Assembly (NCBI RefSeq): GCF_000012805.1
Contig: NC_007484.1
Coordinates: 2,160,001 to 2,192,000, forward strand
DNA: 32,000 bases
Source of the DNA: Nitrosococcus oceani ATCC 19707
Lineage (GTDB): Bacteria > Pseudomonadota > Gammaproteobacteria > Nitrosococcales > Nitrosococcaceae
Reading direction: 5' to 3'
The notes under the pieces were generated by a model that worked only from the letters and a program-made list of their open reading frames with translations, was not told where the DNA came from and made no database searches. Made by a program: the position numbers and the translations under genes. Below, in pieces: positions 8,361 to 16,946 of the stretch. Each line of letters starts with the position of its first letter. Within the stretch, counting starts at the first letter, position 1.

Positions 8361-8430
8361 CTATACATATAGTTAGTATGTACCCCTATTTGGTTACTTG
8401 TCATGGTACATACTAGCTTATTATGTATAG
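8361..8430. repeat. Large imperfect inverted repeat immediately upstream of the PepSY gene
   Basis: Left arm CTATACATATAGTTAGTATGTACC (8361-8384). Right arm GGTACATACTAGCTTATTATGTATAG (8405-8430). The outer CTATACATA and inner TAGTATGTACC blocks are exact reverse complements; the spacer is 20 bp. Confidence 0.6.
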
Positions 8431-8469
8431 TAGATTTTTAGTGCGCCTGCTGAGAATAATGGGGGGTTC

Positions 8470-8760
8470 TTCCAAAAAGTACGCAAAGTTGAGGCCGTTG
8501 CAGAAAATATTGTGACCCTACCTACTGCCCTGGAAGATTTAAACGTAAGAGTTATGTGAGGAACCGTAAGCTGATCCGGTCAATCGTGGATGCAGGTTTC
8601 GGGAGGCTGCTCCCATTTATTGAGAATAAAACCTATCCGCGTGGCTGCACGGTTGAATCGGTGAGTAGGTTTCCCCCCCCAGCAGGATGTGCTCAGGTTG
8701 CAGCCAGCCCTACAAGATAAAGTCCGTTACGCAGCATGCGCAGGTATGTTCTCATAAACT
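8470..8760 (+). pseudogene. tnpB: Second, unrelated TnpB (IS200/IS605 or IS607-type OrfB) C-terminal fragment, frameshifted
   Basis: Plus-strand frames read ENIVTLPTALEDLNVRVM*, then NRKLIRSIVDAGFGRLLPFIENKTYPRGCTVESVSRFPP, then SRMCSGCS after a C8 run (8673-8680). This is the EDLN..M, KL.RSI.DAGFG and FPSS..CSGC order of TnpB. Confidence 0.65.
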
Positions 8761-9470
8761 ATCTTCACCTCCTTCTCAGACAAGACCGTATCGTAGAGAC
8801 CCACATCCTCGCCTTCGTGGGGGTTGATGCCCGTGTAACTTAGGCTCGCATCTTCATATCGTTTGAGCTTGTATACGGCATCATTCATGAGGGCGCTGTT
8901 GAAGATTCTGGGACTGACCAACAATTGGAAATCTGGTTGTGTTAGACCCGTCACTTTCTTAAATAGACCTGGCTCAAGTTGTGTAATGACATCCTTGAGC
9001 GTTCTTTCCCGGTAGTCTGTCAGGTACATAAAAACGGGGATGCACGTAGCAAATTTGATCAACTCTTCCTGAATCTGCTTACATAGGCTCTTGTATCCTT
9101 TTTCCTCTTCAGTGAGTTTCTTCTTCTCTTTGGGCGTTAGATCTGTAAAGTAGCTGTGGTTCCGCTCATAGCCATATCGAGGATGCCCCCAGTATCTACC
9201 TGCTTCATGGCGCTGCCGTCATAGGCAAGTACAGGTAAAAAGCTGATAAACTCCTCTACCTTCTTCTCTGGACTGGATTCCTCTACATTGAGGCGGCAAC
9301 TGTAGTCAGCGATCTGCCGCAAGGCCCGCTCAGGCGCGAAGTCAAAAACGTAACATTCCTCCGGACACCAAATTGATAAAACGTTTCTTCAGATCCTTCG
9401 ATAAGAGCTTGGGCATGATGGGGCCTCCTTCCATCACGATGCTCTCTCTTTGTTGACCTTTTGGGAATAC
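8727..9470 (-). pseudogene. Frameshifted relic of a large helicase/restriction-type (SF2-like) gene; family not resolved
   Basis: Three consecutive minus-strand pieces lie in different frames. They are ..CYVFDFAPERALRQIADYSCRLN..FLPVLAYDGSAMKQVD..SGTTATLQI*, then LTPKEKKKLTEEEKGYKSLCKQIQEELIKFATCIPVFMYLTDYRE... to the stop at 8727. There is no plausible start codon, and the pieces resemble C-terminal regions of helicase-type restriction/defence proteins as I recall them. Confidence 0.35.
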
Positions 9471-9558
9471 ACCATCGACTCTATTTAAATGCCGCCTACT
9501 CTAACTTCCCCAGATTAAGTGCCATAAGAAATAGTTCTTTATCGCTAATCTTTAATTG

Positions 9559-9745
9559 CTAAGCTGCCCACTGATCCTCAAAGGAATCCGAAATGTACTT
9601 GGGAAACGTGAGCACCAAAGCCATATACTTAATAATCCGAGGATTCTCTATTGCCGCGCAGCTTGTCGGCAATGGCCCAAAGCTGATTCTCAAAGTATTC
9701 TGCGCCCGCAGGAACAAAGGATTTTACCGTCAGAGTGACCCCCAT
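9559..9745 (-). pseudogene. hsdM: Type I restriction-modification methylase (HsdM) N-terminal fragment, frameshifted and truncated
   Basis: The minus strand reads MGVTLTVKSFVPAGAEYFENQLWAIADKLRGNRESSDY*. After a +1 shift it reads YMALVLTFPKYISDSFEDQ. This is the LW..AD.LRG....S.YK..VLGLIFLKYISD.FE signature of the HsdM N-terminal domain. Only about 60 codons remain. Confidence 0.6.
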
Positions 9746-10090
9746 GCCCTGGCCGCCTGTAGATTAATCCTGTTGCCATTGCTCTCGTACGGAGCAAAAA
9801 CCCAGAGTCTATCGCTCCCACCGAGGAGAAAAGAGTTTCTAAGCTATAGTGGAATCGGGTCGGTTTCGATCTATTTTCAATTTAGGGCTTACCTCCTATA
9901 GTAGGATCTACCACAGAAAGCCATGCTAATGATCGACCGCAAGGTAATATTCTCGGAAGGCGGCTTTTATCTGTATCATCGGTGAAAGAGGTGGCCCAGG
10001 ACCTCATTGAAGCTTAGCATCGGGCCGAACAGGACGAAGCGCCCTTTAATGAGGCCACGTGCAAAAATTTTGTTTACGGAATTGGGCGCC

Positions 10091-10266
10091 CTATTGCGCC
10101 TGCTCACGCCGCGCTGCCTTGAATTGCTTAAGCACCTTATCTTTCAGCTTGGATTTCGTTGTGCCTCCCAGACGATATTCTTGTCTTAAAAGATATACCA
10201 GGCTGGGTCTTCACTCTGAAAACGATCTACTCTGAAGGGTTTTTCCTGCGCGAATCTTTTTACCGG
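10091..10266 (-). pseudogene. Possible relic of a P4-type integrase N-terminal arm-binding domain
   Basis: Minus-strand pieces read ..AQEKPFRVDRFQSEDPAWYIF*, then in another frame YRLGGTTKSKLKDKVLKQFKAARREQAQ*. They loosely follow the pattern EKP(F/Y).L.D..GL.L.V.P.G.K.W.FRY...GK.K...LG......L..AR. The position next to the tRNA 3' end fits. No catalytic domain is present. Confidence 0.25.
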
Positions 10267-10473
10267 AAAAAATTATAGCCCCGAATCATACCTACGCCAG
10301 ATCCGAGAAAAGCTTTCTCTATAGTTCACTTGACATCCTCCAAGGTGGAGGCATGAGCGATTTTTTTATTGCGATAGACCTAATATGAGGTTGGACCTAA
10401 CTTAAGGCAAGTAGGCGTAGACTGCTCTTGGCGTGAGATTCTGCTATAACTTATTGTTTTCAAATGAAATGTA

Positions 10474-10549
10474 TGGTGCCGGATATAGGAGTCGAACCTA
10501 CGACCTTCGCATTACGAATGCGCTGCTCTACCAACTGAGCTAATCCGGC
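10474..10549 (-). tRNA. tRNA-Thr, anticodon CGT
   Basis: The reverse complement is GCCGGAT TA GCTC AGTTGGTA GAGC A GCGCA TTCGTAA TGCGA AGGTC GTAGG TTCGACT CCTAT ATCCGGC A CCA. The 7-bp acceptor stem is perfect, the D and T arms are canonical, U33 and A37 are present, and CCA is encoded. Confidence 0.95.
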
Positions 10550-10703
10550 AAACCGCTTCTAAGTATAAAGAAACTCTCGCCGTCACGCTAATAACCACTC
10601 TCTATAAAGCGTATTCGAGAGAATATAGTGGATTATATCCCTAGGAAACAAGGAAGCAAGTCCTTGGGCCTCCCCCTTTACTTCAAGAGAAAGGCCCCTT
10701 CCC

Positions 10704-12710
10704 TTACAATAAAGGAGCAATAGTTAAACTGACGATTGCCATCACATTAATAAGAATGTTCATGGACGGGCCTGAAGTATCCTTAAAGGGATCTCCCACG
10801 GTATCTCCTACCACACACGCTTTATGAACCTCGGACCCCTTGCCGCCCAAATTCCCTTTTTCCACGAACTTCTTCGCATTATCCCAAGCTCCTCCCGCAT
10901 TGGCCATTGTCAGAGCCAGGAGTACACAGCCTAAGAGAGCTCCTCCTAGCATCCCGCCTAACGCTTCCGGCCCTAGCCCAAAACCAACTACTACTGGTGC
11001 AGTCACGGCTATCACGCCAGGGACAACCATGCGCCTTAAAGCAGCCGTAGTCGCGATATCCACACAACGGGCAGTATCAGGTTTTCCGGTGCCTTCTAAA
11101 AGCCCCGGTATCTCCTTAAATTGGCGCCGGATTTCCTTAATCATATCAAAAGCCGCATCGCCCACGGCTGTCATGGTAATAGAACCAATGAGGAAGGGAA
11201 TCACTCCGCCAATGAGTAACCCTATCAATACTTCGGGGCTATTAAGATCGAGTAAAAATCCTGGATTCTTATGACCAACGGTTTGAACATAAGCGGTGAT
11301 AATAGTTAAAGCCGCCAGCGCTGCCGCACCAATAGCAAATCCCTTTCCAATGGCTGCGGTCGTATTTCCCAGTTCATCTAAAGAGTCAGTGATTTTTCTG
11401 GTTTCTGGACCCAATTCCGCCATTTCGGCAATGCCTCCAGCATTATCGGCGACTGGTCCATAGGCATCAATCGCCATGGTAATTCCAACTGTAGCCAACA
11501 TTCCCACTGCGGCGATCCCCACGCCATAAAGTCCGGCAAGCTGGCTGGCGAAAAAGATAATGCCTGCGATAGTGAGTAAAGGCACCACCACCGACTGCAT
11601 CCCAACGGACAAACCCGAAATCATGACCGTAGCCGCACCAGTTTCACCCGAATGGGCTATTTTACGTACCGGGGCTCCGGCTGTGTAGTATTCAGTCACC
11701 AACCCAATGATGATTCCTCCCACGGCACCCGTGATAACTGCGCCCCATACCTGGCCATTTACCCCAGCGATAAGAATCACCAGATAGGCGACAATAATAA
11801 ATAAAACCGAAGCGCCAATTGTTCCCAAACGTAAAGCTACATCCGGGGCTTTATTAGAGAAATGTTGCACCAGTGCTATTCCCCCTATGGAGCACAGCAA
11901 TCCGGCCGAGGCAAGCGCCAGGGGTAAAAACATCAACCCCTCTTGATTTCCGCCTAATGACTCAATTTCAGCCAGGGCCAAAGTGGCCGCAATGGCAATG
12001 GTAGCAATCATAGCGCCACAATAGGATTCGAAAATATCGGACCCCATGCCAGCCACATCCCCCACGTTATCTCCCACGTTATCGGCGATAACCCCTGGGT
12101 TGCGGGGATCATCTTCAGGAATTCCGGCCTCGACTTTACCCACTAAGTCAGCTCCCACATCAGCGCTTTTAGTATAGATGCCGCCACCCACGCGGGAAAA
12201 TAATGCCACTGAGGAAGCCCCAACCCCAAAACCATGGATAATATGAGCCGTCTCCGGATCGCCTCCAAAGAGAAGATAGAGAATACCAAGCCCTAGTAAC
12301 CCCATGGAGGCCACCGTAAGCCCCATGACGGAACCGCCAAAAAAGGCGACGGTCAAAGCGGAAGAGGCCCCTTCCTGGTTAGCAGCCAAGGTAGTCCGGA
12401 CATTGGCCCGGGTAGCTGCGTACATCCCCCCATAACCTGCTACCGATGAGCTTAAAGCACCGACGAGAAAGGCAAAAGCCGTGCCTAACCCCAGATAAAT
12501 GTAAAGCAATACTAAGACAACGGCAGAAAAAATTCCCAAGGTTATATATTCACGCTTAAGAAATACCATTGCGCCCAGCTGGATCTGCTCGGCAATCTCG
12601 GCAACTCGGCCTTCCCCACCCGGCCGTTCCATAATTATCTTAAACAAACGGTAAGCGGCATAAAGTCCCAACCCGCCTAATACCGGCGGAATCAGATATG
12701 CAACCGACAT
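10704..12710 (-). CDS. hppA: Membrane-bound proton-translocating pyrophosphatase
   Basis: 668 aa and polytopic. It carries the characteristic motifs GGG(I/L)[39 protein letters not shown] and [15 protein letters not shown]. Confidence 0.95.
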   Translation of the reverse strand: MSVAYLIPPVLGGLGLYAAYRLFKIIMERPGGEGRVAEIAEQIQLGAMVFLKREYITLGIFSAVVLVLLYIYLGLGTAFAFLVGALSSSVAGYGGMYAATRANVRTTLAANQEGASSALTVAFFGGSVMGLTVASMGLLGLGILYLLFGGDPETAHIIHGFGVGASSVALFSRVGGGIYTKSADVGADLVGKVEAGIPEDDPRNPGVIADNVGDNVGDVAGMGSDIFESYCGAMIATIAIAATLALAEIESLGGNQEGLMFLPLALASAGLLCSIGGIALVQHFSNKAPDVALRLGTIGASVLFIIVAYLVILIAGVNGQVWGAVITGAVGGIIIGLVTEYYTAGAPVRKIAHSGETGAATVMISGLSVGMQSVVVPLLTIAGIIFFASQLAGLYGVGIAAVGMLATVGITMAIDAYGPVADNAGGIAEMAELGPETRKITDSLDELGNTTAAIGKGFAIGAAALAALTIITAYVQTVGHKNPGFLLDLNSPEVLIGLLIGGVIPFLIGSITMTAVGDAAFDMIKEIRRQFKEIPGLLEGTGKPDTARCVDIATTAALRRMVVPGVIAVTAPVVVGFGLGPEALGGMLGGALLGCVLLALTMANAGGAWDNAKKFVEKGNLGGKGSEVHKACVVGDTVGDPFKDTSGPSMNILINVMAIVSLTIAPLL

Positions 12711-12919
12711 TAACTTCTCCCCGAATTTATACTTGAATTGATGGCGTACTATTTATTAAAGTCCAGATAAGTTATCCGCCGTTGGCGCATGGTACAGGGC
12801 TACTGCTGGACCTGCAAGCACGAACCAGTATAGGGTATGCAAAATAGCCCTAGAAAGAACGCGGTGAAAAATACGTTGCCGGGCGTTGTAGCAGGCATGA
12901 TTCGATACTTTGTGAGGAG

Positions 12920-13762
12920 TTAATCTGGCACAACCGCTACAATGCGCGTCGGGCCGCCACTGCCGCCTCCGATCTTCATCGGCAACGCGAGCAGCGTAAA
13001 GTCTTTCTCAGGCAAATCGGGCGGAATATCGACATTCTCCAAAGCGGGAATGTTATGCTCGAAAAGCTTCACATGGCTTTGAAAGTGAGTCGACTGACCA
13101 AAGTCGATGCTAGGCGTGTCAATACCGATGGCAAGGATGGCTCGCTGCTCGGCCAGCCACTTCGCTGCTTCTGGATCGAGGCCGGGGAAATGCAACTGAC
13201 TAACCGCTTCCTCACCCATTGCCGTAGTTCCCAAATACTTCGCTCGATCAGGCCAAAATCTAGCATGCCCGGTTCGCAATAATAGGATCACATTGACTAA
13301 CCGCCGCCCGTGCTTTTCTTCCCATGCCAGCAAATCGGAAACGCCGATTTGATAATCGGGGTTATCTTTGCATCTCGCCTGTACATCAACAACCACGGCC
13401 TCGGCAATAAGTTGCTCCAGGGGAATTTTATCCACCGTGCGGCCATTCTCGAAAAAGTGAATCGGGGCATCGATATGAGTACCACCATGCTCAGCAGTGG
13501 TGATTGTATTTGCCGCATAATAGTAACCCTTCTCGGTTAGGCCAACCGCATCTTGCCGAAGTTGGAAGCCTTCGGCAGTTGGCCAATACACTGTCATATC
13601 ATCATAGGTATGTGTTAGATCAATAAACCTACCAGAGATTCGTGCCATTGAAGTCAGTACACCTTCAATGCGTTCGGGTTTCGTAAGCGCCTGAATGGGT
13701 GCCTCCATCTGGCATCCCAACGCCCCTATCATCCATAGCATGGCAAGAAAAATATGTCTCAT
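12920..13762 (-). CDS. Cyclase-family protein (kynurenine formamidase-like fold), secreted
   Basis: The HGGTHIDAPIHF motif and overall pattern match putative cyclase / arylformamidase proteins. The preferred start is ATG 13762 (MRHIFLAMLWMIGALGC..) with AGGAG 7 nt upstream. The ORF is open up to 13828. Confidence 0.8.
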   Translation of the reverse strand: MRHIFLAMLWMIGALGCQMEAPIQALTKPERIEGVLTSMARISGRFIDLTHTYDDMTVYWPTAEGFQLRQDAVGLTEKGYYYAANTITTAEHGGTHIDAPIHFFENGRTVDKIPLEQLIAEAVVVDVQARCKDNPDYQIGVSDLLAWEEKHGRRLVNVILLLRTGHARFWPDRAKYLGTTAMGEEAVSQLHFPGLDPEAAKWLAEQRAILAIGIDTPSIDFGQSTHFQSHVKLFEHNIPALENVDIPPDLPEKDFTLLALPMKIGGGSGGPTRIVAVVPD

Positions 13763-14245
13763 CCAAGGACTCCTATAGAAATTACGCATTGGCAGGCAGT
13801 TTAGAATATAAACATTAAAATAACCCAAGGAAAAGGTGGGCTGTGAGTTAGAAGAATAAACCGATCTACAACAGCACGTTATACTTTGCCTTCACCTCCC
13901 TCCTTGCGGGAAAAAACCACGCCCGCATGGGCAGAGGGCACTATTGCTGGAATTTTAAAGGAATACGGCTACCACACCTCCACCTTAGATGCGTACCTCG
14001 CCCGTTGATCTGGTATCTCTGCCAACGAGAAGTCCACCACCGTCGATTGTGGTAAAACCGTTTCCAGTCGCACCCGTATTGACTTCTACTTCACCCGAAG
14101 CGCCTCCAAATCCGGCATTGATCTGGCTCGCGCCGGTCGGTGTGATGGCTACATTTAAAACACATAACCATTAGAATTAAATAAATTTGATTATTTTTTG
14201 CGTTATTTAGCTAAAACTCACTACTTTCAAATCAGGGGGATATCC

Positions 14246-16135
14246 GTGGCCAACCAAAAACCAGATATCGAAATCAATAAACCTGCAAAGATACCTTTTT
14301 GGCGAAGACCTTGGTTTTCATTCCTGCTCTACGGGCTATTTGTCCTCGTGTCCTATTCAACCTTCAAAACGGAGCAGGAAGAAATCCCTTATAGTCAATT
14401 TCTAAGATATGTTCAAGCTGGTCAGGTTCAACAAGCCGTCATCAGGAAGGACATGATCGAAGGAACCTTAAAGCCCGAGAAAAAACACAAAGGTAAAAAG
14501 ACGGAAAAACCCCGGCAATTCGTCACGGTACCTCTCTGGGATGACCCACTTGCGGTAATGTTGGAAAAACATGGAGTGAACTATGTTGTCAGGACCGGTG
14601 GCGATTGGCTCTCAAATCTGCTATTTAACTGGATTCTTCCCTTTGCGGTCATCTCTTTTTTGTGGATATGGATCGGGCGTAAGGTAAACAGGGGCGGAAG
14701 CTTTTTAAGCTTAGGGGGCAACCGCGTCCGTATCCACCCGAATACCCTGCCCAAGGTCACCTTCGACGATGTCGCCGGGGTTGAAGAAGCTAAAGAGGAA
14801 CTCCGAGAGATCATTGTCTTTCTGAGAGATCCCAGCCTTATTCAGGATTTAGGAGGGCGCATGCCCAAAGGAGTTCTTTTGGCCGGCCCTCCGGGAACTG
14901 GCAAGACTTTGCTGGCCCGGGCTGTTGCTGGGGAAGCCCGGGTTCCTTTCTTTAATATCAGTGGCTCCGAGTTTATCGAACTATTTGTGGGTGTTGGCGC
15001 AGCACGCGCACGGGATTTGTTTGAGCAGGCGCGGAAAAAAGCACCCTGTATTATTTTCATTGATGAGTTGGATGCAATTGGACGTACTCGCGCCGGAGCG
15101 GTATCCATGGGGGGGCATGATGAACGGGAGCAAACCTTGAACCAGTTGTTGGTGGAAATGGACGGCTTTGACCCTTCCGTGGGGGTAGTGGTAATGGCGG
15201 CGACCAACCGGGCGGAGATTCTTGACAAAGCTTTATTACGCGCCGGGCGCTTCGACCGCCGGGTGTTGGTAGACAAACCCGACTTGGAAGGACGCATCGA
15301 AATTCTCAAGATCCATGTGCGGGCGCTTAAGCTTGGGCAAGACGTGGATCTCAAGGTGGTTGCCCAGCGTACGCCTGGATTTGTCGGCGCTGATTTAGCC
15401 AATATCGCCAATGAAGCCGCCCTGCATGGAGTCCGAATGGGTCATGAAGCCATTACTCTGGGTGACTTTGAAGCGGCTGTTGACCGGGTAATCGCGGGAC
15501 CGGAGAAAAAGCACCAAATTCTGAGCCCCGAGGAAAAACGCCGGGTAGCCTACCATGAATCCGGCCACACTTTGGTAGCGGAGACGGTTCCCACAGGGGA
15601 ACCCGTACATAAGGTATCCATTATTCCCCGGGGTGGCGGCGCTTTGGGATACACTTTGCAACTTCCGGTAAAAGAGAAATTTCTGGCCAACGCTTCCGAA
15701 CTCAAGGACCAACTGGCCATCCTGTTGGGGGGGCGCTCGGCGGAAGAAATTGTCTATGGCGATGTCTCCAGCGGCGCACAAAATGATCTGGAAAAAGCTA
15801 CTGAAATTGCCCACGGCATGGTTTGTCAGTTAGGAATGAACGAAAAACTTGGTCCCTTAACTTACGGCAAACGCCACCAATCCCTTTATTTGGGCGTAGA
15901 TTATGGCGAGGAGAAAAATTACAGTGAAGCGACCGCCCAGGTTATCGATGCGGAAGTTAAGAAGCTCATAGAAGAAGCCCATCAACGGGCACGGGAAATA
16001 CTCACCGAGCAGCGGCAAATCCTGGAAATCCTGGCAGAACTTTTAGAAGAAAAAGAAATTATCAGTGGAAATGAAGTTAAACAGGTCATCGACAACGCCC
16101 GGGGGGCTCTGGACAAAACGCCATTCCGGAAATAG
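14246..16135 (+). CDS. ftsH: ATP-dependent zinc metalloprotease FtsH (paralogue outside the usual rlmE-ftsH-folP context)
   Basis: Two N-terminal TM helices, Walker A GPPGTGKT, Walker B IIFIDELD, the second region of homology [19 protein letters not shown], and the zinc motif HESGH. The preferred start is GTG 14246 with AGGGGGA upstream. The ORF is open from 14198. Confidence 0.92.
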   Translation: MANQKPDIEINKPAKIPFWRRPWFSFLLYGLFVLVSYSTFKTEQEEIPYSQFLRYVQAGQVQQAVIRKDMIEGTLKPEKKHKGKKTEKPRQFVTVPLWDDPLAVMLEKHGVNYVVRTGGDWLSNLLFNWILPFAVISFLWIWIGRKVNRGGSFLSLGGNRVRIHPNTLPKVTFDDVAGVEEAKEELREIIVFLRDPSLIQDLGGRMPKGVLLAGPPGTGKTLLARAVAGEARVPFFNISGSEFIELFVGVGAARARDLFEQARKKAPCIIFIDELDAIGRTRAGAVSMGGHDEREQTLNQLLVEMDGFDPSVGVVVMAATNRAEILDKALLRAGRFDRRVLVDKPDLEGRIEILKIHVRALKLGQDVDLKVVAQRTPGFVGADLANIANEAALHGVRMGHEAITLGDFEAAVDRVIAGPEKKHQILSPEEKRRVAYHESGHTLVAETVPTGEPVHKVSIIPRGGGALGYTLQLPVKEKFLANASELKDQLAILLGGRSAEEIVYGDVSSGAQNDLEKATEIAHGMVCQLGMNEKLGPLTYGKRHQSLYLGVDYGEEKNYSEATAQVIDAEVKKLIEEAHQRAREILTEQRQILEILAELLEEKEIISGNEVKQVIDNARGALDKTPFRK

Positions 16136-16195
16136 GAAAGGCAACGGTAGAGGGAAAAGAAACAAGGAAAAAGAGTTGAGTCTAAAAAAGGTTAA

Positions 16196-16474
16196 TTGTT
16201 CCTCCAAAAAAGTGGAAGTGGATCAAAGGCTGCGCACTTTTTATACAAATTCAAAGTACTTTCTGCTCTCCAGCGAGAATATGAAGACATAATCCAGAAT
16301 GCTAAGCAGAACCTTCATGATTTAAATTTAGATCAGGAACAATTTCATGAAGAAGAGTCGCATTATTTGCAGCGGCATCTACTTTTAGTGGAAAGAAAAG
16401 AAATCACAACGGCTTTCCATCAAGTACTAGTAGACATCGACGTCCGGCTCTTGGAACTTGAATCGGAAAGATAA
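16196..16474 (+). CDS. Hypothetical small coiled-coil-like protein (TTG start, doubtful)
   Basis: 92-codon ORF with no in-frame ATG and a weak RBS. It is charged and helical-looking (QREYEDIIQNAKQNLHDLNLDQEQFHEEE). I recognise no family. Confidence 0.25.
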   Translation: MFLQKSGSGSKAAHFLYKFKVLSALQREYEDIIQNAKQNLHDLNLDQEQFHEEESHYLQRHLLLVERKEITTAFHQVLVDIDVRLLELESER

Positions 16475-16758
16475 CCCATAACCCATAGGTCTGAGCCCTG
16501 GCTTTAACCGTAAACCCTTCCTTCTTATCACCGGAATTAATTCCGACCACAATAGGCTATAATTCTCTACCAGAGGATGCCGTTTTGGCTGCTTTGATCC
16601 ACCCCCTGGCACGGCTTATGGCCTAAGCTGGCATCTATAAATATCTCGTAAACCTCTTTCGAGTATCGCTGGCTAGCGGAGTAGGTAGAAACTTAGGTGT
16701 TTAGTCCTACGGTAGGATGGAATCAGTCATACTGATTTACCAACCAGAGAGGAGTTAT

Positions 16759-16860
16759 ATGGGACAAAGGCCGCACAAGAGCGCCAAAATGGCAGAGGTA
16801 ACGGGTCGAGCGACACAAAATAGTCAAAAGAGCATGAACGATCAATATTCAACTTTGTAG
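16759..16860 (+). CDS. Candidate 33-aa hydrophilic micro-ORF
   Basis: ATG preceded by GAGAGGAG with 4-nt spacing. Product is MGQRPHKSAKMAEVTGRATQNSQKSMNDQYSTL. It is supported only by the strong Shine-Dalgarno sequence. Confidence 0.2.
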   Translation: MGQRPHKSAKMAEVTGRATQNSQKSMNDQYSTL

Positions 16861-16946
16861 AATTTTAAAAAATAGACTATAGATAATTACTTCAGGGTCA
16901 TGCATAACCTCGATTCAGCTTTTCTGTTGATGAAGGAGAAAAAATC

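Larger units (their letters stand above)
1557..10473. mobile_element. Decayed genomic island / accessory region abutting the 3' end of tRNA-Thr
   Basis: Density of pseudogene fragments (2 TnpB, hsdM, helicase-like, possible integrase arm domain, mutase relic). AT-rich stretches and orphan ORFs are present. It sits directly at the 3' end of a tRNA gene. No intact mobility gene is present. Confidence 0.5.

Noticed and set aside
9556-10189. Plus-strand ORFs 9556-9738, 9593-9901 and 10007-10189
   Set aside because: They are antisense to the hsdM relic and to the possible integrase relic, and they have no RBS or motifs.
10840-11605. ORFs 10840-11274(+), 10879-11067(-) and 11378-11605(-) within hppA
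   Set aside because: These are shadow or alternate frames of a highly conserved membrane pyrophosphatase gene.
13985-14174. GC-richer open frames on both strands in the cyclase/ftsH divergent spacer. The minus frame reads ..GASQINAGFGGASGEVEVNTGATGNGFTTIDGGGLLVGRD.. and looks like a Gly-rich adhesin or repeat-protein fragment.
   Set aside because: The minus frame has no ATG, GTG or TTG start after the upstream stop, and the plus ORF is its mirror. At most this is a short gene relic, which is not enough to call a feature.
14581-15814. Antisense ORFs within ftsH (14581-14814, 14842-15411, 15395-15814) and the alternate-frame sense ORF 14925-15140
   Set aside because: These are shadow frames of a conserved CDS.
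16607-16622. Sigma-54-like element TGGCACGGCTTATGGC, 325 nt upstream of the YfdX-like gene
   Set aside because: The -24 half (TGGCAC) is perfect, but the -12 half reads ATGG instead of TTGC, so the conserved GC is missing. The distance to any start codon is long. TGGCACG at 1864 likewise lacks a -12 element.
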